From Candidatus Levyibacteriota bacterium (GTDB lineage: Bacteria; Patescibacteriota; Microgenomatia; Levybacterales; UBA12049): DNA of 64,000 nt. Each line of letters starts with the position of its first letter. Positions within the stretch are counted from its first letter, which is position 1. Below, one piece after another: positions 55,724-64,000 of this stretch. Location of the stretch: contig JBPOIT010000005.1 in assembly GCA_052034235.1 (NCBI GenBank), positions 113,698 to 177,697 on the forward strand. The letters run 5' to 3'. The position numbers and the translations under genes are program-made. The notes under the pieces are model-generated. The model worked only from the letters and a program-made list of their open reading frames with translations, made no database searches and had not been told where the DNA came from.

Positions 55724-57244
55724 ATGAAAATAATTGATAATTTCCTCAACGGCTTTACGATGTATAAAGTCGTTCTTTACGGCCTTCTCATGTTGGCTGG
55801 TATTTCAATCCTTTTTGGCGCATTCGGACTTCTTTATTACAAACCACTTAATTTATTAGGTTCACTTCTTATTTTGGGAATAACCTGTTATGTCAGTAAC
55901 GAGCTTTTTGCCAGAATGCTCAAAGCACCCACTAACAGTGAATCGTATCTCATCACAGCCATTATTCTCTTTTTTATCTTTGACCCACTCTCCAAACCAG
56001 AGCAAGCATTAACACTTTTTCTGGCAGGATTTATCGCTATGGCCTCAAAATATGTGCTCGCCTTTAAGCATAAACACATTTTTAATCCGGCTGCCGTTTC
56101 AGCGGTTATATTAGGTCTCCTCGGCAATGGAGACGCTTTATGGTGGATTGGCAGTGATGTATTGTTGCCCATGGTTGCGATAATCGGATTTCTTATCGTT
56201 CGCAAAATCAGAAGATTTAGCATGGTACTTTCATTTATGGCTGCTGCTACTATTTCTATCGCTTTTGTTGGAGTCGTTTTCAATAAAACTGTACCGCTGG
56301 ATGCAATTACCCAAGCATACATTTCCTTCCCACTTGTGTTCTTTGCAATTGCTATGCTGACTGAACCGCTGACTACTCCGCCGAGAAATAACCTTCGCAT
56401 CATCTATGCAGTTATTGTCGGATTGCTCTTTGGCGCACAATTTGAGATTGGGCCACTTTTCTCAACACCTGAACTTGCACTCGTAATGGGAAATATTTTT
56501 TCCTTTGCAGTCAGTCCCAAACAACGTTTGCAGCTTTTACTCAAAGAGAAGCGCCAACTTGCTTCAGGTATGTACGAATTTATTTTTTCCTCGTATCAGA
56601 AATTGCCGTTTCTCCCTGGCCAATATCTCGAATGGACCTTGCCCCATAAAAAAGCGGATATCCGCGGCAATAGAAGATATTTTACGATAGCATCCTCACC
56701 AACTGAGCAAAAAATCAAACTCGGCGTGAGGATTCAGGAAAAAGACTCAAGCAGTTTTAAAAAAGCACTCCAAGATATGAAATCTGGAGACACGATGGCA
56801 GCATCACAACTGGCGGGAGATTTCACTCTAAATGAAAACCCTTCAAAAAAACTTGCTTTTATTGCAGGCGGGATTGGTGTCACACCGTTTCGAAGTATGA
56901 TCCGAGATATGCTTGATACCAAACAAAAACGCGATGTTGTTTTTCTCTATACCGTTCCCCACCCCAATGAACTTGCATATCGGGATATTTTTGAAAAAGC
57001 GGGTAAAGAGATTGGGATGAAATACTATTATATCGTGACACGTCCTGAGAACGCTCCTGCTGACTGGACTGGCAAAAAAGGTCGTATTGATGAAGCAATG
57101 ATTAAAGAAGTCGCTCCGGACTATATGGAGCGAATCTTTTATCTTTCAGGTCCGAATGCAATGGTAGAGACGTACAAACAGCTCTTAAAAAAATTAGGAG
57201 TCCCCTCGAGAAATATCAAAACAGACTTCTTCCCTGGTTTTTAG
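55724..57244 (+). CDS. polytopic membrane domain fused to FNR-like FAD/NAD(P)-binding oxidoreductase domain
   Basis: N-terminal ~280 aa with about 8 TM helices. C-terminal RRYFTIASSP (RxYS FAD motif) and FIAGGIGVTPF (NAD-binding GGxGxxP). Confidence 0.65.
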   Translation: MKIIDNFLNGFTMYKVVLYGLLMLAGISILFGAFGLLYYKPLNLLGSLLILGITCYVSNELFARMLKAPTNSESYLITAIILFFIFDPLSKPEQALTLFLAGFIAMASKYVLAFKHKHIFNPAAVSAVILGLLGNGDALWWIGSDVLLPMVAIIGFLIVRKIRRFSMVLSFMAAATISIAFVGVVFNKTVPLDAITQAYISFPLVFFAIAMLTEPLTTPPRNNLRIIYAVIVGLLFGAQFEIGPLFSTPELALVMGNIFSFAVSPKQRLQLLLKEKRQLASGMYEFIFSSYQKLPFLPGQYLEWTLPHKKADIRGNRRYFTIASSPTEQKIKLGVRIQEKDSSSFKKALQDMKSGDTMAASQLAGDFTLNENPSKKLAFIAGGIGVTPFRSMIRDMLDTKQKRDVVFLYTVPHPNELAYRDIFEKAGKEIGMKYYYIVTRPENAPADWTGKKGRIDEAMIKEVAPDYMERIFYLSGPNAMVETYKQLLKKLGVPSRNIKTDFFPGF

Positions 57245-58101
57245 TGAGGAATAATTTCGTTGTTATAAATAAAATCTGTCAGTTGCTGGCTAATAAACTC
57301 CACCCCGACTGCTGATGGATGAATGTAATCTGTTGGATTGATATAAGCCAAATTTCCATCTCCGGCTGGTGTCAGTGATTTTTCATAAATATTGATTACC
57401 GGGATGTTATGTTCCTTTGCGTACGCAATATGGCTTTTGATAAATGTCTCGCGTTCATTTACCATTGCAGTTCGTTCTTCAAGTGTAGTACTTGGATTAA
57501 CAGGAAGCGCATATTTTGCTTTACTCGGTGCAATTGTCGCCACAAAAACTATTCGTGCTTCAGGGTGTGTTTTTATGAGTGTTTTCATTGTTTTATCAAG
57601 GGTTTCTTTTTGCCATTTGAGACCAACGTCTAGTGAAAATTGTGAAAGCGGATTGTAACCAAATGATTCAATGAGGATAAGATCAAATTTGCGTGATAAA
57701 AGCGGTTCAAACGTCCATTCCCAATAGGTTGTTTTTGTTGTCATTGCTTTGTGAATTGAGAGAATACTTGTTGAGCCTGCAGCATAATTTTCAATCACTA
57801 TGCCCTTTTTTGAAGGTTTATATTTTTCATTAACGTATTCATAAAATTTATCTCCGTGAGGCCCAAGCGCATAAGTCATCGAATCACCTACCATGACGAT
57901 GGTATATTCAGATTTCTGAGGAAGAACTGGTGCGGTATATGTTTTAAACGGAAGTTCCTGCGTTGGCTGTGGTGTGAGTGCTTTTGGGCTAACGATAGTT
58001 GGAGCTTGAGAAGCAACGAGCACTTTTTCCATGGCAAAAAATGAGAAGGCAAAAGCAAAAAGGAAAAGAATGAAACTATAAAGAAAAAATTTATGTGACA
58101 T
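57241..58101 (-). CDS. SGNH/GDSL-family hydrolase (secreted)
   Basis: Signal/TM N-terminus. IVMVGDSMTYALG (GDSx block I). D-x-x-H near the C-terminus (DYIHPS). Confidence 0.65.
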   Translation of the reverse strand: MSHKFFLYSFILFLFAFAFSFFAMEKVLVASQAPTIVSPKALTPQPTQELPFKTYTAPVLPQKSEYTIVMVGDSMTYALGPHGDKFYEYVNEKYKPSKKGIVIENYAAGSTSILSIHKAMTTKTTYWEWTFEPLLSRKFDLILIESFGYNPLSQFSLDVGLKWQKETLDKTMKTLIKTHPEARIVFVATIAPSKAKYALPVNPSTTLEERTAMVNERETFIKSHIAYAKEHNIPVINIYEKSLTPAGDGNLAYINPTDYIHPSAVGVEFISQQLTDFIYNNEIIPH

Positions 58102-58146
58102 AAGGAAGAAAACCTATTCTAAACCTTTTGCGAAGAAATTGAAAGT

Positions 58147-59487
58147 TTAGACCTCTATTTCTTGGCCGTTGAGGGGGAGGGTTATGTCGGTAAGGCCTAG
58201 GGTTTCTTGTATTTTCTTTTGAAAGGTAATACGCTGCTCAACATCGCTATGAACCAAAAAGACTTTTTTTACACCCTTAATATGGCCTAGCCAATTAAGG
58301 AGTTTTTTCTGATCTGCATGCGAACTCATGGTTTTAATTTCACGAATTGATGCCTTAACCGTAACATTTCTATCACTTATGACGACATTTTTTGCACCCT
58401 GAAGAATTTTTCGTCCCAACGTTTCCTCAGCCTGATACCCTACAAAAAGGAGTCTTGTCGTTTTGTTTGATAAATAATTGGCAGCGTGGTGCAGAATACG
58501 CCCGCCAGACATCATGCCAGAGCCTGCGATAATAACCTTGGGCTCCATTGCTCTTATAATTTCTTTACTATCACGAGCCTCAATTGTCACTGCGAGACCT
58601 TCAAATCCAAACGGATCATCAGTGTGACTTTGCAGCTCTTCATTATAAAACTCACGAAATTGTTTGAATATTTCAGTTGCTCGAATTCCCATCGGGCTAT
58701 CCATAAAAACGGGAGTGTCCATACGAATTTTGCCGTCTTTTTTGAGATGATTTATTTTATGCAGCAGTTCCTGCGTTCGTTCAAGTGAAAAAGCTGGAAT
58801 CATAAGTACTCCGCTTTCTGCTTCAACTTTGTTTATTTCTTCCTGCAAAATCTGTGTTGGATCTTCATCAGGATGCACCTTATCGCCGTAGGTTGTTTCC
58901 ATAACGACGATATCTGCACTATCACTAAAAACTGTTGGTTTAATAATATCCTCAGGTGTATTGCCGAGGTCACCGCTGAAGATTGCTTTTTTACCATCAG
59001 CTTTATCAATCAGCTCCACACTTGCCGATCCTAAAATATGTCCTGCATCGATAAATTTAGCAGTAAATGCACCGACTGTAACTTCTTTATCGTACTGGAC
59101 AATTTCAACCATGCTGAGCGTCTTTCGTACTTCATCAGCACCGTAAAGAGGCGGCACATCAACTTTTTCTTCTGCAACTTTTGCGGCGTCAGTCAAGATA
59201 ACTTCTATCAAAGAAAATGTAGGGGCAGTCATGTAGATTTTGCCGTTAAAACCACCATATACGAGCATCGGCAGTCTTCCGCAATGATCCAAATGTGCAT
59301 GAGTTAATAAAACACCTTTGACGCGTGATGGATCAAAATGAGGTTTCTGATAATTTAAATCCGCAACCTCTTTGGAGCCTTGAAACAAACCATAATCAAC
59401 CATAACCTGCGTATCATCCTGCGCAGTCACAATATAACATGACCCGGTAACTTCCCCCGCAGCCCCCAAAAAAGCAATTTTCTTCAT
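58147..59487 (-). CDS. MBL-fold beta-CASP family hydrolase (RNase J/CPSF-like ribonuclease)
   Basis: LLTHAHLDHCGRLP (HxHxDH). Downstream Asp/His motifs and a beta-CASP-length C-terminal region. 446 aa. Confidence 0.7.
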   Translation of the reverse strand: MKKIAFLGAAGEVTGSCYIVTAQDDTQVMVDYGLFQGSKEVADLNYQKPHFDPSRVKGVLLTHAHLDHCGRLPMLVYGGFNGKIYMTAPTFSLIEVILTDAAKVAEEKVDVPPLYGADEVRKTLSMVEIVQYDKEVTVGAFTAKFIDAGHILGSASVELIDKADGKKAIFSGDLGNTPEDIIKPTVFSDSADIVVMETTYGDKVHPDEDPTQILQEEINKVEAESGVLMIPAFSLERTQELLHKINHLKKDGKIRMDTPVFMDSPMGIRATEIFKQFREFYNEELQSHTDDPFGFEGLAVTIEARDSKEIIRAMEPKVIIAGSGMMSGGRILHHAANYLSNKTTRLLFVGYQAEETLGRKILQGAKNVVISDRNVTVKASIREIKTMSSHADQKKLLNWLGHIKGVKKVFLVHSDVEQRITFQKKIQETLGLTDITLPLNGQEIEV

Positions 59488-59546
59488 AACTTAATTTAGT
59501 ATAGTTGGTAAAAACAAAGGAGTCCAGTTAAAGAATAATATGAGAT

Positions 59547-60563
59547 TTACTTTGCAGCTTCTTTGCCTATGGTGACCACAATGTCTGTGGCTTGAGTAGC
59601 TGCTGTTGGGAGTTGGGTTTCTTTTTCAAGAGAATAAGTTTTTCCAAGGACAGCTTTGAGTTTGGTTATCGCATCCGCACTCACGGTTTTTTTATAAACG
59701 ATTTGGGTTTTGACCACATCACTGCTATCAGCATTTCCAACAGTTCCAACGGTAAATCCATCTTCTTCAAGTGCTGCTCGTGCTTTTGCTGCTTCTCCTC
59801 TGATGCCGCTGCCATTAAGTACACTGATAGTGTAATCAGAGTTTTTAACAGTTGCAACAGGTGTAGCAGTCGCTGGTGCCGAAGGAGCTGTCGTTGCAGT
59901 CGGTTGTGCACCACCCGGAAGTGCTGGGACGTTTGGCATTGCAAAGAAGTTCTTGTCTGGCATGGCGTAATAAATGCCTGCCATAAAGGCGATACCTGTT
60001 ACAAAAGCCACAAAGGAAATAATAAGGAAATAAAGGACCGGATTTTTCTTTTTTTCAACTGCTTCAGGTGCAGTATTAAAAACGGTCTCGTGAGGATTAA
60101 ATGGAATAGGTTCATTTGACCGACCAATTGGAGCAATCGATGCGTCATTGCTGACTTCAATAGGAGCCGAAACTGGCTGAACAGCGTCCGTCTTTGGTGC
60201 TTCAACTGCGGAAGCTGTTTCAGCAGGATTTGTTGCTGTTGCAGAAAATTGTACAGGTTCAGGCTGTGGTGTGCTCGAAGCTGCAGGCGCAGAAGGTGTT
60301 TGAGCTGTTGGTTGTGGTGTGGTACCTGAAGGAGTTCCGAAATCAGTTTCAAACGGAACATCAGATAATTTGTCTACTAAATCTCCACCTTTTTGATGTG
60401 CTTCAACTGTTGGCTGTTCTGCCTCTGGGGTTTCTTTCACAACAGGAGTTTCAGAAGCTGGTTCAGCTTCTGTTTTTGGTTCGTCTACAACTACTGCTTT
60501 TTCTTCAGCTTCTCTAGCAGCCTTGCCGAACTTAACCGGTTTTGCACGTTTCTTTGTTTGCAT
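59547..60563 (-). CDS. LytR_C-domain membrane protein with Ala/Pro/Thr-rich low-complexity linker
   Basis: Low-complexity N-terminal half, one TM helix, and C-terminal ISVLNGSGIRGEAAKARAALEEDGFTVGTVGNA, typical of the LytR C-terminal domain. Confidence 0.5.
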   Translation of the reverse strand: MQTKKRAKPVKFGKAAREAEEKAVVVDEPKTEAEPASETPVVKETPEAEQPTVEAHQKGGDLVDKLSDVPFETDFGTPSGTTPQPTAQTPSAPAASSTPQPEPVQFSATATNPAETASAVEAPKTDAVQPVSAPIEVSNDASIAPIGRSNEPIPFNPHETVFNTAPEAVEKKKNPVLYFLIISFVAFVTGIAFMAGIYYAMPDKNFFAMPNVPALPGGAQPTATTAPSAPATATPVATVKNSDYTISVLNGSGIRGEAAKARAALEEDGFTVGTVGNADSSDVVKTQIVYKKTVSADAITKLKAVLGKTYSLEKETQLPTAATQATDIVVTIGKEAAK

Positions 60564-60628
60564 GGGCAGTCCTAAATTCTCTTCTTTTATTTTAGAAACA
60601 AACGCAGAGGTTTGTCAAATATAAATCA

Positions 60629-61003
60629 CTATTCCTCAGCAATTGCTTCAACTTCAACAAGTGCTCCCAAAGGAAGTTTTGCAACTTCTATGGTAGCACG
60701 TGCAGGTTTATTTTCGCTGAAATATTCATTATAGACTTCATTAAATTTCTGATAATCATGTAAACTCTGCAGATAACAAGTTGTCTTAACAACTTTTGTT
60801 AAAGAAGAACCTGCCTCTTCAAGAACTGCTTTGAGGTTTTTGATGACTCGATGGGTTTGTTCTGTGATTTCTCCAGCAACAAGTTTATTTGTTTGCGGGT
60901 CAAGGGAAATTTGTCCTGCACAAAAAACAAAACCACTTGAAACAATTGCTTGAGAATACGGTCCAACTGCCTTCGGTGCTTTATCTGTATGAACATGTTT
61001 CAT
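60629..61003 (-). CDS. ridA: RidA/YjgF/TdcF-family reactive-intermediate deaminase
   Basis: PKAVGPYSQAIVSSGFVFCAGQI...PARATIEVAKLPLGALVEVEAIA. Confidence 0.85.
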   Translation of the reverse strand: MKHVHTDKAPKAVGPYSQAIVSSGFVFCAGQISLDPQTNKLVAGEITEQTHRVIKNLKAVLEEAGSSLTKVVKTTCYLQSLHDYQKFNEVYNEYFSENKPARATIEVAKLPLGALVEVEAIAEE

Positions 61004-61218
61004 AAAGTTTCAATTTATTATAACCCAATTTTCTTTTTGTGCAAATCAATACTGCTTAAATACATACCTTTCCTCAACATAATTCTATGATAATAGTGAC
61101 CGATTACAAAGATTTATTCTAACTCATACAGAAATTAAATGCATAAGAGAAGTTAATCGTACTTCGGGAATATGAAACCTCAAATTTATATACTCTATAT
61201 TTCCTCTTGTAAATTGCT

Positions 61219-63714
61219 GTGATTGATCCTATAATCTTCCTGATGACCGGGATAGAGCACGGTGGAAGATCAACTGGACCTGAAAAAAGACTACCTAACA
61301 ATAGCTTGGGTTCAGGTATTCCTGCCAATTCTGGACCACCTCAAGATATCAGACCTGACAGAGGGAGAATCGGAGAGGGAGTAACACCAAGTCGTGATTT
61401 ATTTCCTTCTCACAAACCTCGAAGAGGTTCACTGTCTATACCCACCACCTCAATACCTGTAAGTTCAGCAAACCTTTCTGATGATGATGCCAGAGGGATA
61501 GACTCTACACGTAGAGACAAACCAGGAAAGGTAGTCAAACCTAGTCCTGACTTATTTCCACAAGGTCCTGTTAGGTTAACACATTTAGAACCCCGACCGA
61601 AGGGTTTGGGAGATCCGCTCCCTACCGCACCTGCAAATGAACTGCAATCAGCTGACCCCTTACTTCCACTGCATGCAGTTGTTGTCAGTAGCCCAAATAC
61701 AGTCTTTACAGTCTCGAAATCAGGAGAAGTCACTTCCGATACTAGACAAACAGAACAAAAACGAGATGAATCGCTGACGGTACACACAAAAACGCAGCAG
61801 GATATTCTTGACGCAAAAACTGCACTTGAAAGGTGGACTGATTTTAATAAAAAACCAACTGAACCGGTTTTCATAAAAGGTCGTAGAGCTAAAGGTATTG
61901 AAATACGCCGACGCAACGAAGCACAAGAAGGATTAGTACGTGAGCTCACTACAGGACTTTTCAATGACCCCGATAAGCTGGCTACCACCATGGAAGTATG
62001 GCATGCTCAAAATGAAGCAGGCTCTGGACTATACCAGAAAGCAAGAGTAGCTGTTATGAAAGAAATGCAAACCAAATGGGCAGAGGTTCCTGCAGAAGAT
62101 TTAGCCCGTTACGTACAATTAAATACTAAAGACCCTGAAGGGGAAACGATAAGCGGCAGTGTGCTCAAAGCATATTTTAGAGGTCCAAGCAGCGTGAAAG
62201 AACGGGCAGATGCGCTCTATACTTTTACTCTTGGAGCGCTTACTTTGACCACTGATGAAGCTGCCTTAAATTTAGCCTCCAGAATCGGTAAATTTGATAC
62301 AAAAATACTGGAACGTGGAGGAAGTTACCATGTTGATACAGTTATTGCTTCTGTCTATTCATTTGAAGACCCTGAGACTAAGAAAAGGGCTAATATTACG
62401 ACACAAGTGCTTCATAGTTTAACCTTTCTTTCATCTGAACAAGAAGATGAAATTAAAGAAAGAAATATGGAAGCAATGCAGGATATGTTTCGTGATCCCA
62501 GATATATCGCTTCATTTCGACAAGCTCAAGTACGATCTGAAAGAATAAAAGGGAGAGAGTTTATCAGAGATAGAATAGAAGCAAGAAATGAACTCGCAGA
62601 ACAGGGAATATCAATTAATGATATCTATACATATGCAGAAGAGGGGTTATTGAGTGAACAAGATATTGAGGATTTAGTGTCACTTGTAGACTATGATTTG
62701 GCTGACCCACTCTTTATAAAATTCCGGGAAGAAGCTGGTCCTAAAGTCTTACCGGCACTACAGAGGGGGAAATTTGAAAAGGATTTCCCGGACCAGCAAT
62801 TTGTCCACGTAACGAAAAGAATTCCTGGCAAAAATTATGTTATGGAGGTATCCATCCCCACAGAATTAATCGGTAGAAAAGAGGATGTGATTGCTGATAT
62901 CAGAATTGGTGCTCATCCGGAAGAAGAATTCGATAGTCCGGATGATGGATTGCCGAAATCCTACATTTCAACCGGCAATTTTGAAGGAAAACCAGTGCAA
63001 GCTATATATCGGGAACCTGTTACTTCGGAATTAAGTAGGCATGATTTAGAATTTATCGCAGAATATGGGTTCCCCAGTGTCGATAACCCTGATCTTGCTG
63101 AAGAAAATAACAGACTAGCAAATGCTATAGCAGAAACCCAAACTCGTTTTCTTAATCGTCGAGGAGTCCAAGTCCCGACCACGCATCCGATTTTAAAAGA
63201 ACTGGGATACAAAAAATTTGAATTTCGAAAAGATCCTAATGATCCGGAACAAACTAATGTTACCATCCATGTAAAAGATGGACAAATCAAATTCAAGCTG
63301 GACAGATATATGGGTATCGATTTTGAAGGAAAAGGCTGTGAAGGAACATCCCATGAAGATGTACGACATGTAACGCTGACTTACCTCCAAAAAATATTGT
63401 GTGAACCGTCAATCAAAGATGAATCAGGTGAGGTCATTGATATGTCCCATTTATTTTTTGGACGGGCTGGTCATATGGCATATTTACCTGTAGGGCAGAA
63501 TTTCAGTCATGACCAAGAGAAAGCTTTTTTTGAAGAAGAAGGAAGAGATCTGGCAACACATTCTGAAAGAAGAAGGCCTATTGATCCTGAAGGTAAAAAT
63601 AGAAAATCAACATATCGTAAACCAACCGATAAAGAAGGAGAACATATAGAACCTCGCTATATCAGTATACCACTGGAACCTGACTTCTTTCATCGAACTG
63701 CACAACATGTCTAA
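61219..63714 (+). CDS. very large hypothetical protein (831 aa) with Pro/Ser/Gly-rich disordered N-terminal ~150 aa
   Basis: Long ORF with consistent coding signal. N-terminal PxxP-rich low complexity. No catalytic motif recognised. Confidence 0.5.
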   Translation: MIDPIIFLMTGIEHGGRSTGPEKRLPNNSLGSGIPANSGPPQDIRPDRGRIGEGVTPSRDLFPSHKPRRGSLSIPTTSIPVSSANLSDDDARGIDSTRRDKPGKVVKPSPDLFPQGPVRLTHLEPRPKGLGDPLPTAPANELQSADPLLPLHAVVVSSPNTVFTVSKSGEVTSDTRQTEQKRDESLTVHTKTQQDILDAKTALERWTDFNKKPTEPVFIKGRRAKGIEIRRRNEAQEGLVRELTTGLFNDPDKLATTMEVWHAQNEAGSGLYQKARVAVMKEMQTKWAEVPAEDLARYVQLNTKDPEGETISGSVLKAYFRGPSSVKERADALYTFTLGALTLTTDEAALNLASRIGKFDTKILERGGSYHVDTVIASVYSFEDPETKKRANITTQVLHSLTFLSSEQEDEIKERNMEAMQDMFRDPRYIASFRQAQVRSERIKGREFIRDRIEARNELAEQGISINDIYTYAEEGLLSEQDIEDLVSLVDYDLADPLFIKFREEAGPKVLPALQRGKFEKDFPDQQFVHVTKRIPGKNYVMEVSIPTELIGRKEDVIADIRIGAHPEEEFDSPDDGLPKSYISTGNFEGKPVQAIYREPVTSELSRHDLEFIAEYGFPSVDNPDLAEENNRLANAIAETQTRFLNRRGVQVPTTHPILKELGYKKFEFRKDPNDPEQTNVTIHVKDGQIKFKLDRYMGIDFEGKGCEGTSHEDVRHVTLTYLQKILCEPSIKDESGEVIDMSHLFFGRAGHMAYLPVGQNFSHDQEKAFFEEEGRDLATHSERRRPIDPEGKNRKSTYRKPTDKEGEHIEPRYISIPLEPDFFHRTAQHV

Positions 63715-63749
63715 TGATTTTCCCCAATTCTTTCGCAGATCGATGAATT

Positions 63750-64000
63750 CTACAAATCAAATGTCTCACGTATAAGCTTCTCAAGAACGACTTTGTCGGC
63801 AATACTTTTTCGCGTATGCAGTCTCTCTTTTTGCTGTAACGAAACCATTTGCTCAGGCAATGATGCGTTTGAGACAATCCGACAAACCTCCTTAGCGATC
63901 ATAAATTCATCACCTTTTTTTTCTATGTATTTTCCAGCCAGAGCCTGATAAACATCACTTGCGAACTTGACCCAATGGGCTGTTGAAATGATTAACATTT
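63750..64000 (-). CDS. C-terminal fragment of a threonine-synthase-like PLP enzyme (gene continues beyond window end)
   Basis: IISTAHWVKFASDVYQAL resembles the ThrC C-terminal TAHPAKF block. The reading frame is open to the window edge. Confidence 0.4.
   Translation of the reverse strand, partial: MLIISTAHWVKFASDVYQALAGKYIEKKGDEFMIAKEVCRIVSNASLPEQMVSLQQKERLHTRKSIADKVVLEKLIRETFDL

Noticed and set aside
59592-60575. Multiple overlapping ORFs on both strands inside 59547..60563
   Set aside because: Artefacts of the Ala/Pro/Thr/Gln low-complexity coding region of the LytR_C-domain protein. Only the 338-aa minus-strand frame has a TM helix and a recognisable C-terminal domain.

Overview
This 64 kb window is from a low-GC, gene-dense bacterial genome (roughly 90% coding, short intergenic regions, many convergent gene-end overlaps, standard genetic code). 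The lineage cannot be fixed from sequence alone. Lys/Ile/Asn-rich proteins, many domain-of-unknown-function and very large hypothetical surface proteins, plus several actinobacteria-type genes (WhiB-like, DinB_2/MDMPI-like), fit a small-genome Patescibacteria/Saccharibacteria-like organism with horizontally acquired genes.

Features that can be supported:
- tRNA-His(GTG) with encoded G-1, and tRNA-Arg(TCG).
- A TPP riboswitch controlling a ykoF-like, ABC-type thiamine/HMP uptake operon, divergent from thiamine pyrophosphokinase.
- Housekeeping and enzyme genes: enolase, class-III aminotransferase, riboflavin kinase, rhomboid protease, CaCA antiporter, Kef-type CPA2 antiporter, GT4 glycosyltransferase, NUDIX, HAD, polysaccharide deacetylase, GH125-like, RidA.
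- DNA metabolism: a LexA-controlled Y-family polymerase cassette with two GAAC-N4-GTTC boxes, and a UvrA class-II-like paralog.
- Transport and redox: a MacAB/HlyD-like efflux set; a flavinylation cassette (FMN-binding protein, ApbE, membrane FNR-like reductase); yhhQ–tgt queuosine salvage.
- Toxin–antitoxin loci: MazEF and a Fic toxin with a small FicA-like upstream ORF.

The most interesting accessory locus lies just downstream of tRNA-Arg. It is a convergent pair: a radical-SAM enzyme (CxxxCxxC, long Cys-containing C-terminal extension) and a stand-alone asparagine-synthetase-like PP-loop ATP pyrophosphatase (SGGRDSS). Both proteins are Arg/Ala/Gln-rich, unlike their neighbours, and both genes are preceded by the same GTTGTC-N7-GACAAC inverted-repeat operator. 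It is followed by LysM and large hypothetical lipoprotein genes whose upstream regions share a TATAGCATATATA motif. I propose this as a horizontally acquired, co-regulated peptide- or metabolite-modification cassette of unknown function.

Other second-look items:
- A ~1 kb Fic toxin–antitoxin islet bounded by ~30 bp imperfect direct repeats at the 3' end of tRNA-His.
- An ATP-cone / PD-(D/E)xK nuclease fusion immediately upstream of lexA.
- A WhiB-like Fe-S regulator in a non-actinobacterial-looking genome.
- Several large domain-less secreted or membrane proteins.

No CRISPR array, rRNA, transposase or integrase was seen.
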